The notes under the pieces are model-generated. The model worked only from the letters and a program-made list of their open reading frames with translations. It searched no databases and was not told where the DNA came from. A program made the translations under genes and the position numbers. 64,000 nucleotides of DNA from assembly GCA_044226015.1 (NCBI GenBank), contig JBGAHS010000008.1:32001-96000 (forward strand), in the 5' to 3' direction. This document shows positions 18,102-27,756 of this stretch, piece by piece (the first letter of the stretch is position 1; each line of letters opens with the position of its first letter). The DNA comes from Candidatus Obscuribacteraceae bacterium (GTDB lineage Bacteria > Cyanobacteriota > Vampirovibrionia > Obscuribacterales > Obscuribacteraceae).

Positions 18102-21100
18102 ATGAAATTCATGGGGATTCGGCTTGAAAGAGCTGGTACGTTTCTATTGACTGCCAACCTCGTTGCGACGACAGCCGCTTATGCACAAGATAGCTCTCAG
18201 AGCACGCCAGAGTTGCGCTCGGCACCAAAGACAGCAGACGAGAAAGCCCAAGAGTCAATCACACAGAAGACAAAGGCAGCTCCGCAAGCTCCCTCCACAC
18301 AAGCATCTCCCAATCCATCGCCAGACGCAGCACAATCTTCACAAGCAAGCCCGTCTCCGACAACAACTCAGTCTCCGGCTTCACCCCAAACTACGAAGCC
18401 GGGACTGGCTGTTGTAAGCGGAAGAATCATTGACGACAAAGACGGCAGAGTGATTGAAAATGCTCAGATCATTCTGACAAGACATGGAAAACAAGCCAAA
18501 GACGAGAAACGCGTCGAGGCAGTTTCCGGCGAAGAGGGAGAATTCACTCTTAGGGATCTTGAGCCTGGCAATTGGACTATGCGGGTTTCGGCTAAAGATA
18601 TGCTGTCACACAGCATGAAACTAGAGCTCAAGCCAGGAGAATCAAAAGCAGTTTCAGTCAAGCTTGAAGACCTGGAAAACGTCGACATTCTTCGAGTCAC
18701 AAAGAAAAGAACTCTAATTCACCCTGAAAAAATTGGAAGCGACACCAACCTAGACCACAAATTCATTTATCAATACAAGACAGGAAACGATTTGCGTGAC
18801 TTGATCACCAGCACACCTGGTGTATTGAATGACAGCTATGGAAACATCATAACACGCGGCGAACACAACTCAATTAACTACGAAATTGATGGAGTTGTTT
18901 TGCCGGAAGCTGCTGGTGTTTTACAACAATCTCAATTCGTAAGTCCGCGCTCCCTGCAAAACATGACGGTTAGCATCGGCGGTTATGAAGCCAGCGATGG
19001 TGGCGGACCACTCGGAGCAGTCGCACATATGAAGTCGTTGCCTATTTTGGCAAAGCCAAACTTCAATGTAGGTCACCAAATTGGTGGTCCTCTTGCAGGA
19101 ACAATTTATTACAACGGCAGCTCTGCACTCAGTCAGAATGAGAGCAGCATCTGGAATAGGGTTAGAATAGAGTCTTCTGGTGCATTCCAAGGAAGCTCTT
19201 ACCGCCTTGCACCACCTGTGAAAAACTACGTAAACAACAACTCATTTGATGTAAATTCTTTCTCGAAGCTTGAGTTCATGGCTACAGAGAAAAGTACTTT
19301 CAGATTGACAGCAGGTTTAAACGCAACAGTTACTCAAGTACCAACATCTACCGGAACTAGAGCAGCAGGATTCCACGCTTCAGAAACAGACGGTCAACAC
19401 TACGTCATAGCAAGCTACCTACGCAAAGGGGATAGGCTTTTTGACGAAATGAATTTGCATCTTTTGAATGGTTTCTACTATTCGAAATTCAAAACCAGCC
19501 TTGCTTTCGATCCCTACCCTAACTTCAACGCAGAACAGCCACTCCAATCAATTGCTACAACCGCCCACAGAACAAACTATGTTTTCTCTGCTCAAGGTAA
19601 TGTCGCAAAAACCTTGAAGAAAGAACATCATCTCAAAGCTGGTTTCCTGACAGAACTCAGACCAGTGCGCACCACCTACAATGCCTACTACTATAATGCC
19701 GATGCATTAGGCAGCATGCAACAGAAAGCTGATGCACAAGGGCAGATCCAACAAAATAATGCAGACATAGCCTCCACACAACAGAGTATTACTGAGACGA
19801 CATCACAAATTCAGAGCACAAACAATGAATTGAATTCAGCGATCGCAGCAGGCAACACGGCGCAAGCAGATGCTCTAAGCGCAACACTAGGCGAATTGCA
19901 AGAAACACTAGACGGCTTGACGGAGACTCTGACAGGACTTAACGACACAGCATCTACACTAAATCCCAATCCTTTTCCGTTCGGCGCTCTAATAAGTCCC
20001 TACAACGGCGAAATAAATGGCACACAATTCCTCGGCAACGTAGGACGCTATCACGGGTTCCGCTGGCTACAGAGTGCTTACGTTCAAGATAAATACACTC
20101 CACAGCAGAAATTCTGGAACAGACTAACACTCGATGGTGGCGTAAGATTTGACTTGCAACGAAGCATTTACGGCAACGCATTACCTCTTGCCACCCAAAT
20201 GGCGATGCAGCCAGGCGTGCAACAATTCAACCTGGCACCATTCCAGTCACAGCACGCTACAGACGCCCAGGCTAGTGGCCGATATGGTGGCACCTTCGTC
20301 GTTGCGAAAAACACTGTGATTCGAGGTTCATACAGTGACATTTTCACACCAACACCGGTCGACTACTTCCTTTTGCCAATCGATGTTACGGCAACCCCAA
20401 TTGGTGGAATCTACCCGGGAACACCACGACCATTGAGAGCAACAAGAGGACGATTGATTGATACCAGTATCGAAACACAGATTGGACCTCGCTTTTCGAC
20501 AAGAACAAACCTGTTCTGGAAGTACTTACAGAATTTCGGTGATTCAGGAGTCGTAGGAAATCTGCCTCTATACAACCGACTCACTAACGCCGCACAAAAT
20601 GCTTACGGTGTTGAAACCAGAATGGACCTTAAATCATCGCGAGATGGATACGGCTTCAACGGTTTCCTATCAAATACAATTCAGGTTGCCTATCTACGAA
20701 AACAAAAAGCAGTTTCTGGCGGATTCTACGATTTTCCAGATCCTTTAGAAGGCTCCCCGAAGTTCCCTGACCATGATCGTCGCATGTCAACTGTAGTGGG
20801 TGTTGGATACAAGAGCAAACAAAACTGGTGGATTCTATGGTCCATGCAAACACTCACGGGATTGCAGGACAGTCGCGATGTCGAGCTTTATGGAGCGCAC
20901 CATGCCCGGACACCTGTGTTCAACAACATGTCTATAAGCTGTGGCTATCAACCACCACAACGAGTGCTTCGCAAACACCCTTATATGCCCGCATCATTTG
21001 ACTGCAGAATTGAAAACGCAATGAATCAGAGAGTTCCGATCAACCTGGGCAGCCCATTTCAAGGCACGAGATTCAGCTTACCGATTCGCGTTCTTGCAGG

Positions 21101-21254
21101 ATTCGCCTGGCAACTGGGACCACAAGAAGCTCGATTGAGTTCAAAGCCAGCGCCTAATTCCATAAGAACACTCGCACCAGGACCTCAGCAACAACAGCCG
21201 ATGCCATCACCGATTTCTATGTCGCGCATGCGCAGCGCGAACCCAATGATTTAA
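18102..21254 (+). CDS. TonB-dependent receptor with N-terminal carboxypeptidase-regulatory-like domain
   Basis: Signal peptide; VSGRIIDDKDG...GEFTLRDLEPG; plug motif TPGV...RG...YEIDGV; barrel motifs SAYVQDK, LTLDGGVRFD and DHDRR; divergent from tonB. Confidence 0.85.
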   Translation: MKFMGIRLERAGTFLLTANLVATTAAYAQDSSQSTPELRSAPKTADEKAQESITQKTKAAPQAPSTQASPNPSPDAAQSSQASPSPTTTQSPASPQTTKPGLAVVSGRIIDDKDGRVIENAQIILTRHGKQAKDEKRVEAVSGEEGEFTLRDLEPGNWTMRVSAKDMLSHSMKLELKPGESKAVSVKLEDLENVDILRVTKKRTLIHPEKIGSDTNLDHKFIYQYKTGNDLRDLITSTPGVLNDSYGNIITRGEHNSINYEIDGVVLPEAAGVLQQSQFVSPRSLQNMTVSIGGYEASDGGGPLGAVAHMKSLPILAKPNFNVGHQIGGPLAGTIYYNGSSALSQNESSIWNRVRIESSGAFQGSSYRLAPPVKNYVNNNSFDVNSFSKLEFMATEKSTFRLTAGLNATVTQVPTSTGTRAAGFHASETDGQHYVIASYLRKGDRLFDEMNLHLLNGFYYSKFKTSLAFDPYPNFNAEQPLQSIATTAHRTNYVFSAQGNVAKTLKKEHHLKAGFLTELRPVRTTYNAYYYNADALGSMQQKADAQGQIQQNNADIASTQQSITETTSQIQSTNNELNSAIAAGNTAQADALSATLGELQETLDGLTETLTGLNDTASTLNPNPFPFGALISPYNGEINGTQFLGNVGRYHGFRWLQSAYVQDKYTPQQKFWNRLTLDGGVRFDLQRSIYGNALPLATQMAMQPGVQQFNLAPFQSQHATDAQASGRYGGTFVVAKNTVIRGSYSDIFTPTPVDYFLLPIDVTATPIGGIYPGTPRPLRATRGRLIDTSIETQIGPRFSTRTNLFWKYLQNFGDSGVVGNLPLYNRLTNAAQNAYGVETRMDLKSSRDGYGFNGFLSNTIQVAYLRKQKAVSGGFYDFPDPLEGSPKFPDHDRRMSTVVGVGYKSKQNWWILWSMQTLTGLQDSRDVELYGAHHARTPVFNNMSISCGYQPPQRVLRKHPYMPASFDCRIENAMNQRVPINLGSPFQGTRFSLPIRVLAGFAWQLGPQEARLSSKPAPNSIRTLAPGPQQQQPMPSPISMSRMRSANPMI

Positions 21255-21278
21255 ATCAATCTGTGCAGTTAGCCTCGT

Positions 21279-21713
21279 ATGACAAAGCCTTCAGATTATA
21301 AAAGCACCCGCTTAAACCGAGGCGCCCAAACGGTACTGTGGGCGCTGCAAGAAATGAAAAAGATTGCCAGTGCACAGGAAATATGTCATTGGATACGATT
21401 GAACAAACCTACACAGGCACCAGGTCTGACAACTGTGTATCGCGGAATTGAAGAATTACTTATGCAACAGCTGGTGCAAGCAGTCGATTTTGGTAGTGGC
21501 GAAAAATTCTACGAAGCAATAGAGCCAGGAAAACATCACCATCACTTAATTTGCACGTCTTGTCAAAGCAGCATTCATTTCGAGCATTGTGTTGTTGACT
21601 CACTTTCCGAGAAACTGCGGAAGCATTATGGATTCACGGTTCGCTCACATGTACTGGAAATCTTCGGACTCTGTGATTCTTGCTCGAGTAAGCAAATTCA
21701 AAATTACGAATGA
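21279..21713 (+). CDS. Fur/Zur-family transcriptional regulator
   Basis: PGLTTVYR, HHHHLICTSC and HVLEIFGLCDSC. Confidence 0.9.
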   Translation: MTKPSDYKSTRLNRGAQTVLWALQEMKKIASAQEICHWIRLNKPTQAPGLTTVYRGIEELLMQQLVQAVDFGSGEKFYEAIEPGKHHHHLICTSCQSSIHFEHCVVDSLSEKLRKHYGFTVRSHVLEIFGLCDSCSSKQIQNYE

Positions 21714-21792
21714 GAGCCAAAGCTAGCGTCGGACCCAGCAAGCCAGTTCAGACACTTTAGCAATTTTGAAGCCTGGTCATTTGCATCGACTA

Positions 21793-21820
21793 ATTACAAT
21801 GCTCTAATGAGCATTGTAAT
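21793..21820. promoter_or_regulatory. perfect 12-4-12 inverted repeat between the two fur genes
   Basis: ATTACAATGCTC-TAAT-GAGCATTGTAAT. Confidence 0.55.
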
Positions 21821-21897
21821 CCAGCATTGGCTTTTTCAATTTACAATGGCTGCGTGCATAAAGGTGAGTGCCGGCATTGCTCGGGGATGTCTATTTC

Positions 21898-22278
21898 GTG
21901 GAACGCAATACTCAACAACGCCGAGCAATTTTGAAGGTCTTCGAAAAAACGACCCGCCCCCTGAGTGTTCAGGAAGTGCTCGACCTGGCTAAAAGAAAGA
22001 GCCCTGGTATTGGTATTGCCACCATTTATCGAAATCTAAAGTCTTTACAAGAGGAAGGACTTCTCCAATTGGTGGAACTTCCGGGAGGCTCTTCAGTCTA
22101 CGAGTTGCCTTCGCTGGACCACCACCACCACTTTTCCTGTACAAAGTGCCTGAAAGTTTTTGATATAGATGCTTGCCAGGTCAACTTTCAAGCGCTCGTA
22201 CCAGCAGGATTTCAACTGCAACAACACGAAATTCTGCTGAGCGGACTTTGTGATAAATGCCTTCAAAAAAGTTCGTGA
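21898..22278 (+). CDS. second Fur/Zur-family regulator
   Basis: RNTQQRRAIL, GIATIYRNL, HHHHFSCTKC and SGLCDKC; probable GTG start at 21898 after GGGGA. Confidence 0.88.
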   Translation: MERNTQQRRAILKVFEKTTRPLSVQEVLDLAKRKSPGIGIATIYRNLKSLQEEGLLQLVELPGGSSVYELPSLDHHHHFSCTKCLKVFDIDACQVNFQALVPAGFQLQQHEILLSGLCDKCLQKSS

Positions 22279-22285
22279 GCAACAT

Positions 22286-22381
22286 TTACATTTGAGCCCC
22301 GAAGATTCTTGTCATAGCCAATATAGTTGTTTTGCCAGCGCCCAGAAATCCAGACAGGACTGTGACAGGTAGCTTGTTCAT
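22286..22381 (-). pseudogene. 31-codon remnant of a second COG0523 GTPase
   Basis: SD AGGAG then [31 protein letters not shown]. The first 19 aa are identical to the upstream COG0523 but use different synonymous codons. Confidence 0.75.
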
Positions 22382-22389
22382 TTTTGCTC

Positions 22390-23322
22390 CTAGACAGATA
22401 AAGACTTGATCTCACCCTGTGAATCAATTTCACAGCTGTTCTCTTCCAGGACAAGACCATCATAAGGGTCTGGATATACGCCATCCCAGTCAGAGTTGAG
22501 AAACTCTCCTAGACGCTGAGGATGAAACGGAATTCGCGAGCGATAAACAAAACTACTTATTCCGTATTCTTCGGTTTCTGGAATGTGCTCACCTCTAAGC
22601 TCCCGCATCCAGCCAGGGGCCTCAGCAGCCCTCTTAAAATCAAACATATTGGTGTTCAAAATTTCGTTTAGTGGAACCTGCCCACGCTTACTCAATAGCA
22701 CTTTGGCTTCAGGATTCAAATGCTGAATGATGCCTTGAAGCTCTCTCAATTGCTCGCTATCAACCAGGTCGGTTTTATTCAAAATGATGACGTTAGCAAA
22801 TTCGATTTGATCGACAAGCAAGTCAGATATAGTGCGCTCATCTTCACTGTTAAGCTCTAGATTGCGAGATTTCAAATCTCCCCCATCAACATAATCTTTC
22901 AAGAAATTGAAGGAATCGACGACAGTAACCATAGTGTCAAGGCGCGCAAGCTCTGACAAACTCTTACCGTTTTCATCTTCGAATACAAACGTCTCTGCAA
23001 CAGGCAGCGGTTCGGAAATACCAGTTGATTCAACAAGCAGGTAATCAAATTTGTTTTCTTTGGCCAGGCGTTGAATTTCTACGAGAAGGTCTTCCCGAAG
23101 CGTACAGCAAATACAGCCGTTGGTCATCTCAACCAGCTTCTCTTCGGTGCGACTCAGACTGCTGCCTTGCTTGATGAGATGAGAATCAATGTTGACCTCA
23201 CTCATATCATTGACAATGACTGCAACTCTGAGCTTCTGCCTGTTGTTCAAAACTTGATTCAGAAGCGTTGTTTTTCCAGCACCAAGAAAACCGGATAAAA
23301 CAGTTACCGGAAGTTTATTCAT
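22390..23322 (-). CDS. COG0523 (CobW/ZigA/YciC-type) metallochaperone GTPase, C-terminally truncated
   Basis: [25 protein letters not shown] and NKTD are present; the CobW_C domain begins ([16 protein letters not shown]) but breaks off before the usual R.KG.FW motif. Confidence 0.85.
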   Translation of the reverse strand: MNKLPVTVLSGFLGAGKTTLLNQVLNNRQKLRVAVIVNDMSEVNIDSHLIKQGSSLSRTEEKLVEMTNGCICCTLREDLLVEIQRLAKENKFDYLLVESTGISEPLPVAETFVFEDENGKSLSELARLDTMVTVVDSFNFLKDYVDGGDLKSRNLELNSEDERTISDLLVDQIEFANVIILNKTDLVDSEQLRELQGIIQHLNPEAKVLLSKRGQVPLNEILNTNMFDFKRAAEAPGWMRELRGEHIPETEEYGISSFVYRSRIPFHPQRLGEFLNSDWDGVYPDPYDGLVLEENSCEIDSQGEIKSLSV

Positions 23323-23350
23323 TTAGAAAAGTCCTTATTCAGCCCTCAGT

Positions 23351-23518
23351 CTACGCCTTTGTTTCTCTAAAGGGCGCATGCATATTGCACCCGGGACAGA
23401 ATTTTCTGAGCAATAACCTGTCCGGATTATTCTTTTTGTTTTTGCTTGTGATGTAAAAGTGGTTGCATACATGTTCAGAGCAAGCCAGCTTGATAATCAC
23501 TCTGTTTCCTTTTTTCAT
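23351..23518 (-). CDS. rpmG: 50S ribosomal protein L33 (paralog-like)
   Basis: RVIIKLAC...[32 protein letters not shown] 23518 after GGAGAG. Confidence 0.9.
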   Translation of the reverse strand: MKKGNRVIIKLACSEHVCNHFYITSKNKKNNPDRLLLRKFCPGCNMHAPFRETKA

Positions 23519-23577
23519 CAGCTCTCCAAAGCAGAGCTTCTGAGTCGGCCCAGAAGCTCTGCGTATCAACGGATCGT

Positions 23578-23612
23578 AATTGATAATACGTTATCATTAT
23601 CATTAACGTCAA
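23578..23612 (-). promoter_or_regulatory. promoter with Fur/Zur box upstream of rpmG-COG0523
   Basis: Minus strand TTGACG, 18-nt spacer, TATTAT, with GATAATGATAACGTATTATC spanning the spacer. Confidence 0.75.
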
Positions 23613-23857
23613 GGTCTCTAAGATAGTACCCAAAGTACTTTTAATAAACGCCAGGTTTTCAAGTCAGCAAACTTTTACGAAGAGGGCAAGTCAAAGCTCT
23701 CTGTTCTTTTATTGAATATGAGAATAATGAAGGAGAAGGGAGTGTCGTTACTCCTGTCAAAAGCCACTTCATATGATCCGCATGGATAGCTGTGTCCTCG
23801 AATCCCAACCAGGGGGACCTCATTGTGAGACCTTCCTTGCAATGTTATGCTGCGCTT

Positions 23858-24613
23858 ATGAGTGCAAAACGACTGATTCCATTTCTCTTGCTGTCTATGC
23901 TGATGGGAGGCGCCTCTGCAGCAGCTCCTAGCGGAGAGAGAACACCAATTATTCAGTTTGACAAGAAAGAACATAGTTTCGGAGTCGTTGAAGAAGGTGT
24001 CGATATCAGCTGCTGCTTCAAAATTAAGAACGCTGGCAATGGGCTTTTACAGGTGTTTGAGGTGAAGTCTACTTGCGGCTGCACAATTCCAGTCATTTGC
24101 AAGAAGCTCATTCCTGCTGGTGAAAGCGTGGATCTAAAAGTTGTTGTTGATACCTCAATGAAGCAGGGTGATGTTTCAAAAGAAATCACGGTGCGTTCAA
24201 ATGATCCCAAGAATCCAATCAGCAAAATTTACGTAAGAGCTATGGTGACAGATCCGCACGCAGGACTGAATGGAAATCGTTCAGCAAAAATTTTCAGCGG
24301 CAAATGTGCGTCCTGTCATGTCGCTATGGGAGAAGGCAAGCTAGGCGAAGATCTCTATCTTGCAGACTGTGCAATGTGCCACGGCTTCTCCGCGAAGGGT
24401 GCTGTTGGTCCTGGCTTACTTCAAGTCAACTATAAAGACGCTGCTACACACAGATACATTCAAGAAATCATTGAAGCTGGCAGCCTTGTTCACAGATCAA
24501 TGCCTGGTTTTTTGAAAGAAAAGGGAGGTCCACTTTCAAAGGAACAAGTGAATTCGCTTATGACATACCTGCAGTGGCGGGCGGAAACAGAGGCTTCAGC
24601 GGTAAAAAAGTGA
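23858..24613 (+). CDS. exported DUF1573 (Ig-like) + diheme cytochrome c protein
   Basis: Signal peptide; FG.V.EG...F.IKN.G...L....V.STCGCT (DUF1573); heme motifs CASCH and CAMCH; distal SMPGF. Confidence 0.8.
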   Translation: MSAKRLIPFLLLSMLMGGASAAAPSGERTPIIQFDKKEHSFGVVEEGVDISCCFKIKNAGNGLLQVFEVKSTCGCTIPVICKKLIPAGESVDLKVVVDTSMKQGDVSKEITVRSNDPKNPISKIYVRAMVTDPHAGLNGNRSAKIFSGKCASCHVAMGEGKLGEDLYLADCAMCHGFSAKGAVGPGLLQVNYKDAATHRYIQEIIEAGSLVHRSMPGFLKEKGGPLSKEQVNSLMTYLQWRAETEASAVKK

Positions 24614-24677
24614 TTCCCAAAATCGCCCTCTCTTCAATTTTGAAGCAAGCGGAGACGGTCGATGCAAAACTGCAAAA

Positions 24678-27632
24678 CTAATTATCCGGAGCGCCCTCAC
24701 CTGCGATTCTCATTCCTTCCGCCACTGCCGCTTTGAGGTCAGGTTTAGCAGGAACATTGATTTTGATAGTCGAAACTGCCTTTGCTGAAGGTTTTCCAAA
24801 GTCCTTCTTCAAATCTCGCCATCCCATGGAATGAGCGAGATCCAGAAATTTTTTGGACTCAGCTTCATTTCCACAACTATCATATATTTCTGAAGCTAGC
24901 TCGTAAGAGTCGGCAAGGAATGGGTTCGCGTCAAGTGCGCTCTGGCAATCCGCGGCAGCTTGAACAAAGTCGCTCTGATGCAGACGAATCCGCCCGCGTG
25001 CAAGATAGTTGGGGGCAAACCCCGGAGTCAAGTCAAAAGCTTTCGTGATTAACTTCTCTGCCTCATCTTTGTTTCCCAGCAGCTCTTCCACTAGCGCCAG
25101 TAATGCATGTGATTGAGCTGATGCCGGAACACGCTTAATCGCTTTCTTTAAATCTTCCGCAGCATCATCATACTCACCCAGGGCAATTTCTGTGATCGCT
25201 TTTTGCATGAAGCCAGGACCAAAATCGGGCTCCATCGATGTTGATTTCTCGTAGTCAACGAGGGCATCTTGCCATTTTCCTGCAGCCCGATAAACCTCTG
25301 CGCGAAGCCTTGTCGCTCGCGGAGCGAATGTATCTAATCGCTCACAAAATCTCATTGCTTCGACAGCTTTGGGAACGTCGTTCTTCATTGCAAAAGCCAA
25401 GCCGAGATAAGCCCACAACTGTGAATGCTTCGGGTTGACGACCATTGCCCACTTCAGGTCTTCCATGGCAAGGTCATATTCTCCGGCGTGAATGTAAGCA
25501 AGCGCACGGTCTTGAAGCGAGAAGTAAACTGAATCTCTATCTTTTTGTCCTTCTTGAAAGAGATAACTTGTTCCAACTTCAATTGCTTTGCTCAAGTTAC
25601 CAAACTCATCATAAGTTCGGGTTAGAGTTTCTAGAGCGGTCAAATCTCCTGGAGAAATTTCAAGGCAGCGATTGATGTCTTCAATCGCACCGCGATAATT
25701 TTCCATAGCAGAAAATACCTCCCCATGATTTCGAAACCCTGCTGGGCTCTTAGGATATTGCCTCTGGAAAGTTTCTGCATCGGCAAGAGCCTTATCGTAC
25801 TGGGCAATCATCTTGTACATTCCACAGCGGGCTATTAAGGCTTGTCCACTGTACTTTGGGCTCAACTCGATAGCCTTGCTAAAGTCATTTATTGCCTCTT
25901 CTCGTTTGTCTTCCTTGCTGTAACACTGTCCTCGGTCATAATACCCCTCCCATGAATCAGGAGTTTCATTGATTACTCGCGTATATCTTTCCAGGTCTGA
26001 TTCCGAAACTCTGCGTTTCTCGAGCTCAGCCAGGTGAAAGTCAGGTCTAACCTTAGAAGCATCGTGCACCGCTGGCGGTGGCAAGCAATCAGACTTAACT
26101 CCAAGAGCCAGCAAAGTAGCAGAGTCATTGTTGCCTATCGCCCATGCAAAATAGCAAGCCTTCATGCCGCCATCCCGCGGATAACGGCGAATAATCTCCT
26201 CGAATCCTCGCCGCATTCTTTGCCAATCGAAAGATTCAAGGTTTGAAATATCTGTCATAAACAGAACCGTTTGCGCATAGAAAACATCGGCATCAGCCCC
26301 TGAACGTTTCCTGAGTTCTGCGTTTAGCAAAGCTTCTGAGTCGCCTAACTTTCCATGCCACTTTGGAAGCAAGCGATTTGCTCGAGCCCAAATGACTTCA
26401 TCAAGTTTAGGAAATCGCTTTCTGCATTCATTGTAAACCTGGTCGTACCGCTCGTTGCTCCAGCTTTGACCAAGCCCAACTTTCAATGCCCATCGATACC
26501 AATCAGCAGGACGTTTTTTTACCGACTCAAGTTGAGCCCAGGCGTCCTTCAGCCTCTGTTCAAAAAGTTTCCACCCTTCTCGTGAAACTGTATTGGAGTA
26601 TCCAGTGCCACGGGCTTGCCAGGCATAGTCAATCAAGATTGTTGCCAGAGCAATGCGTGCCGTTGGCGATTGGGGATATTTTTGCACCCAGAGACGAACA
26701 TTACTTATTCGCTTCTCTGTTTCATCCTCACTAAGATTATCTAGTCCGCAAGCATCGTATAAATGGTGTATTCTCAGGTAACCTGACGAATCAACAAGCT
26801 GCTTCAATCTTATTGAATTAGCCAACTTCTCCAGTCCGGCATAGTCGCGTTTCTCTATCAAAGAGCGAGCTGATTCTTCTATTGCTCTATCATCTTTATT
26901 ATCTTCGTTTGCTAGTTCGATGTACTGAGTCTGGTAATGCCCTGATTGCGCAGGATGAATTTTACAAGCGAGAGCAAGCAATGATTTTGCCTCTTCTCTT
27001 TTTCCTTGCTGATATCGTAAGAGCGACTGGGCAACTGTAAAATCTGCGATATGGTAGTCTTCGTCGCCAGCCATTTCACATTCATTAATTGCAAGTTTCA
27101 CATAGTTCTCAGCACTAGCATAATCTTTCTGAGAGCGGTAAATATCTGCGAGCGCTTCATAGCAATTGATTCGAAAATCAGATGGGGCATCTGGGCTTCC
27201 CGGACGAATTTTCAGCGCCTGCAAAACCTCGGTAGGCTCAGCTTTATTCAAAATCCCATAGACTATTTGAAATTTCTTGCACAAACCTATATTTAGGAGA
27301 AAACTTGCATGCCAGCTATTTAGCTTGTGCTCTACAGCGAGATTTACTCCGGTCTTGAAAGTCTGAATAGCATCAGCAAGGTCGCCTTCCAAATATTGAG
27401 CCTTACCTAAAGCATAAATTTGAGCAGCAAGAACCCTGGGGTCGACTGCGGCAGATTTCGCTTCTGCCACAGCTTTTTTGTAGTATTTGATTGCCTCTAC
27501 TGGCGACTCCTCATACATTTGATCAGCAACAACGCCAACTTTCCACCACAATGGTTGCTCAGCGTTTGCCACTTGCTGAGACAAAAGAAGCGAAACAGAT
27601 GTGGACAGAATAATCGCGCGCTTCAACAGCAT
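24678..27632 (-). CDS. exported TPR protein with central DUF4034-like domain
   Basis: Signal peptide; many TPR repeats; WVQKYPQS...YAWQARGTG...LLPKWHG. Confidence 0.8.
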   Translation of the reverse strand: MLLKRAIILSTSVSLLLSQQVANAEQPLWWKVGVVADQMYEESPVEAIKYYKKAVAEAKSAAVDPRVLAAQIYALGKAQYLEGDLADAIQTFKTGVNLAVEHKLNSWHASFLLNIGLCKKFQIVYGILNKAEPTEVLQALKIRPGSPDAPSDFRINCYEALADIYRSQKDYASAENYVKLAINECEMAGDEDYHIADFTVAQSLLRYQQGKREEAKSLLALACKIHPAQSGHYQTQYIELANEDNKDDRAIEESARSLIEKRDYAGLEKLANSIRLKQLVDSSGYLRIHHLYDACGLDNLSEDETEKRISNVRLWVQKYPQSPTARIALATILIDYAWQARGTGYSNTVSREGWKLFEQRLKDAWAQLESVKKRPADWYRWALKVGLGQSWSNERYDQVYNECRKRFPKLDEVIWARANRLLPKWHGKLGDSEALLNAELRKRSGADADVFYAQTVLFMTDISNLESFDWQRMRRGFEEIIRRYPRDGGMKACYFAWAIGNNDSATLLALGVKSDCLPPPAVHDASKVRPDFHLAELEKRRVSESDLERYTRVINETPDSWEGYYDRGQCYSKEDKREEAINDFSKAIELSPKYSGQALIARCGMYKMIAQYDKALADAETFQRQYPKSPAGFRNHGEVFSAMENYRGAIEDINRCLEISPGDLTALETLTRTYDEFGNLSKAIEVGTSYLFQEGQKDRDSVYFSLQDRALAYIHAGEYDLAMEDLKWAMVVNPKHSQLWAYLGLAFAMKNDVPKAVEAMRFCERLDTFAPRATRLRAEVYRAAGKWQDALVDYEKSTSMEPDFGPGFMQKAITEIALGEYDDAAEDLKKAIKRVPASAQSHALLALVEELLGNKDEAEKLITKAFDLTPGFAPNYLARGRIRLHQSDFVQAAADCQSALDANPFLADSYELASEIYDSCGNEAESKKFLDLAHSMGWRDLKKDFGKPSAKAVSTIKINVPAKPDLKAAVAEGMRIAGEGAPDN

Positions 27633-27756
27633 ATTAGCCCCTTTTGTTCATTCTTCCAAAACTGGCAGTTTAGCAAGTAATCAGAAAAAAGAAGTCGGGA
27701 ATGGAAAAAGATGATTCAATTATCTGAGCACGACGTACATAGAAGTAACCAAGGTA

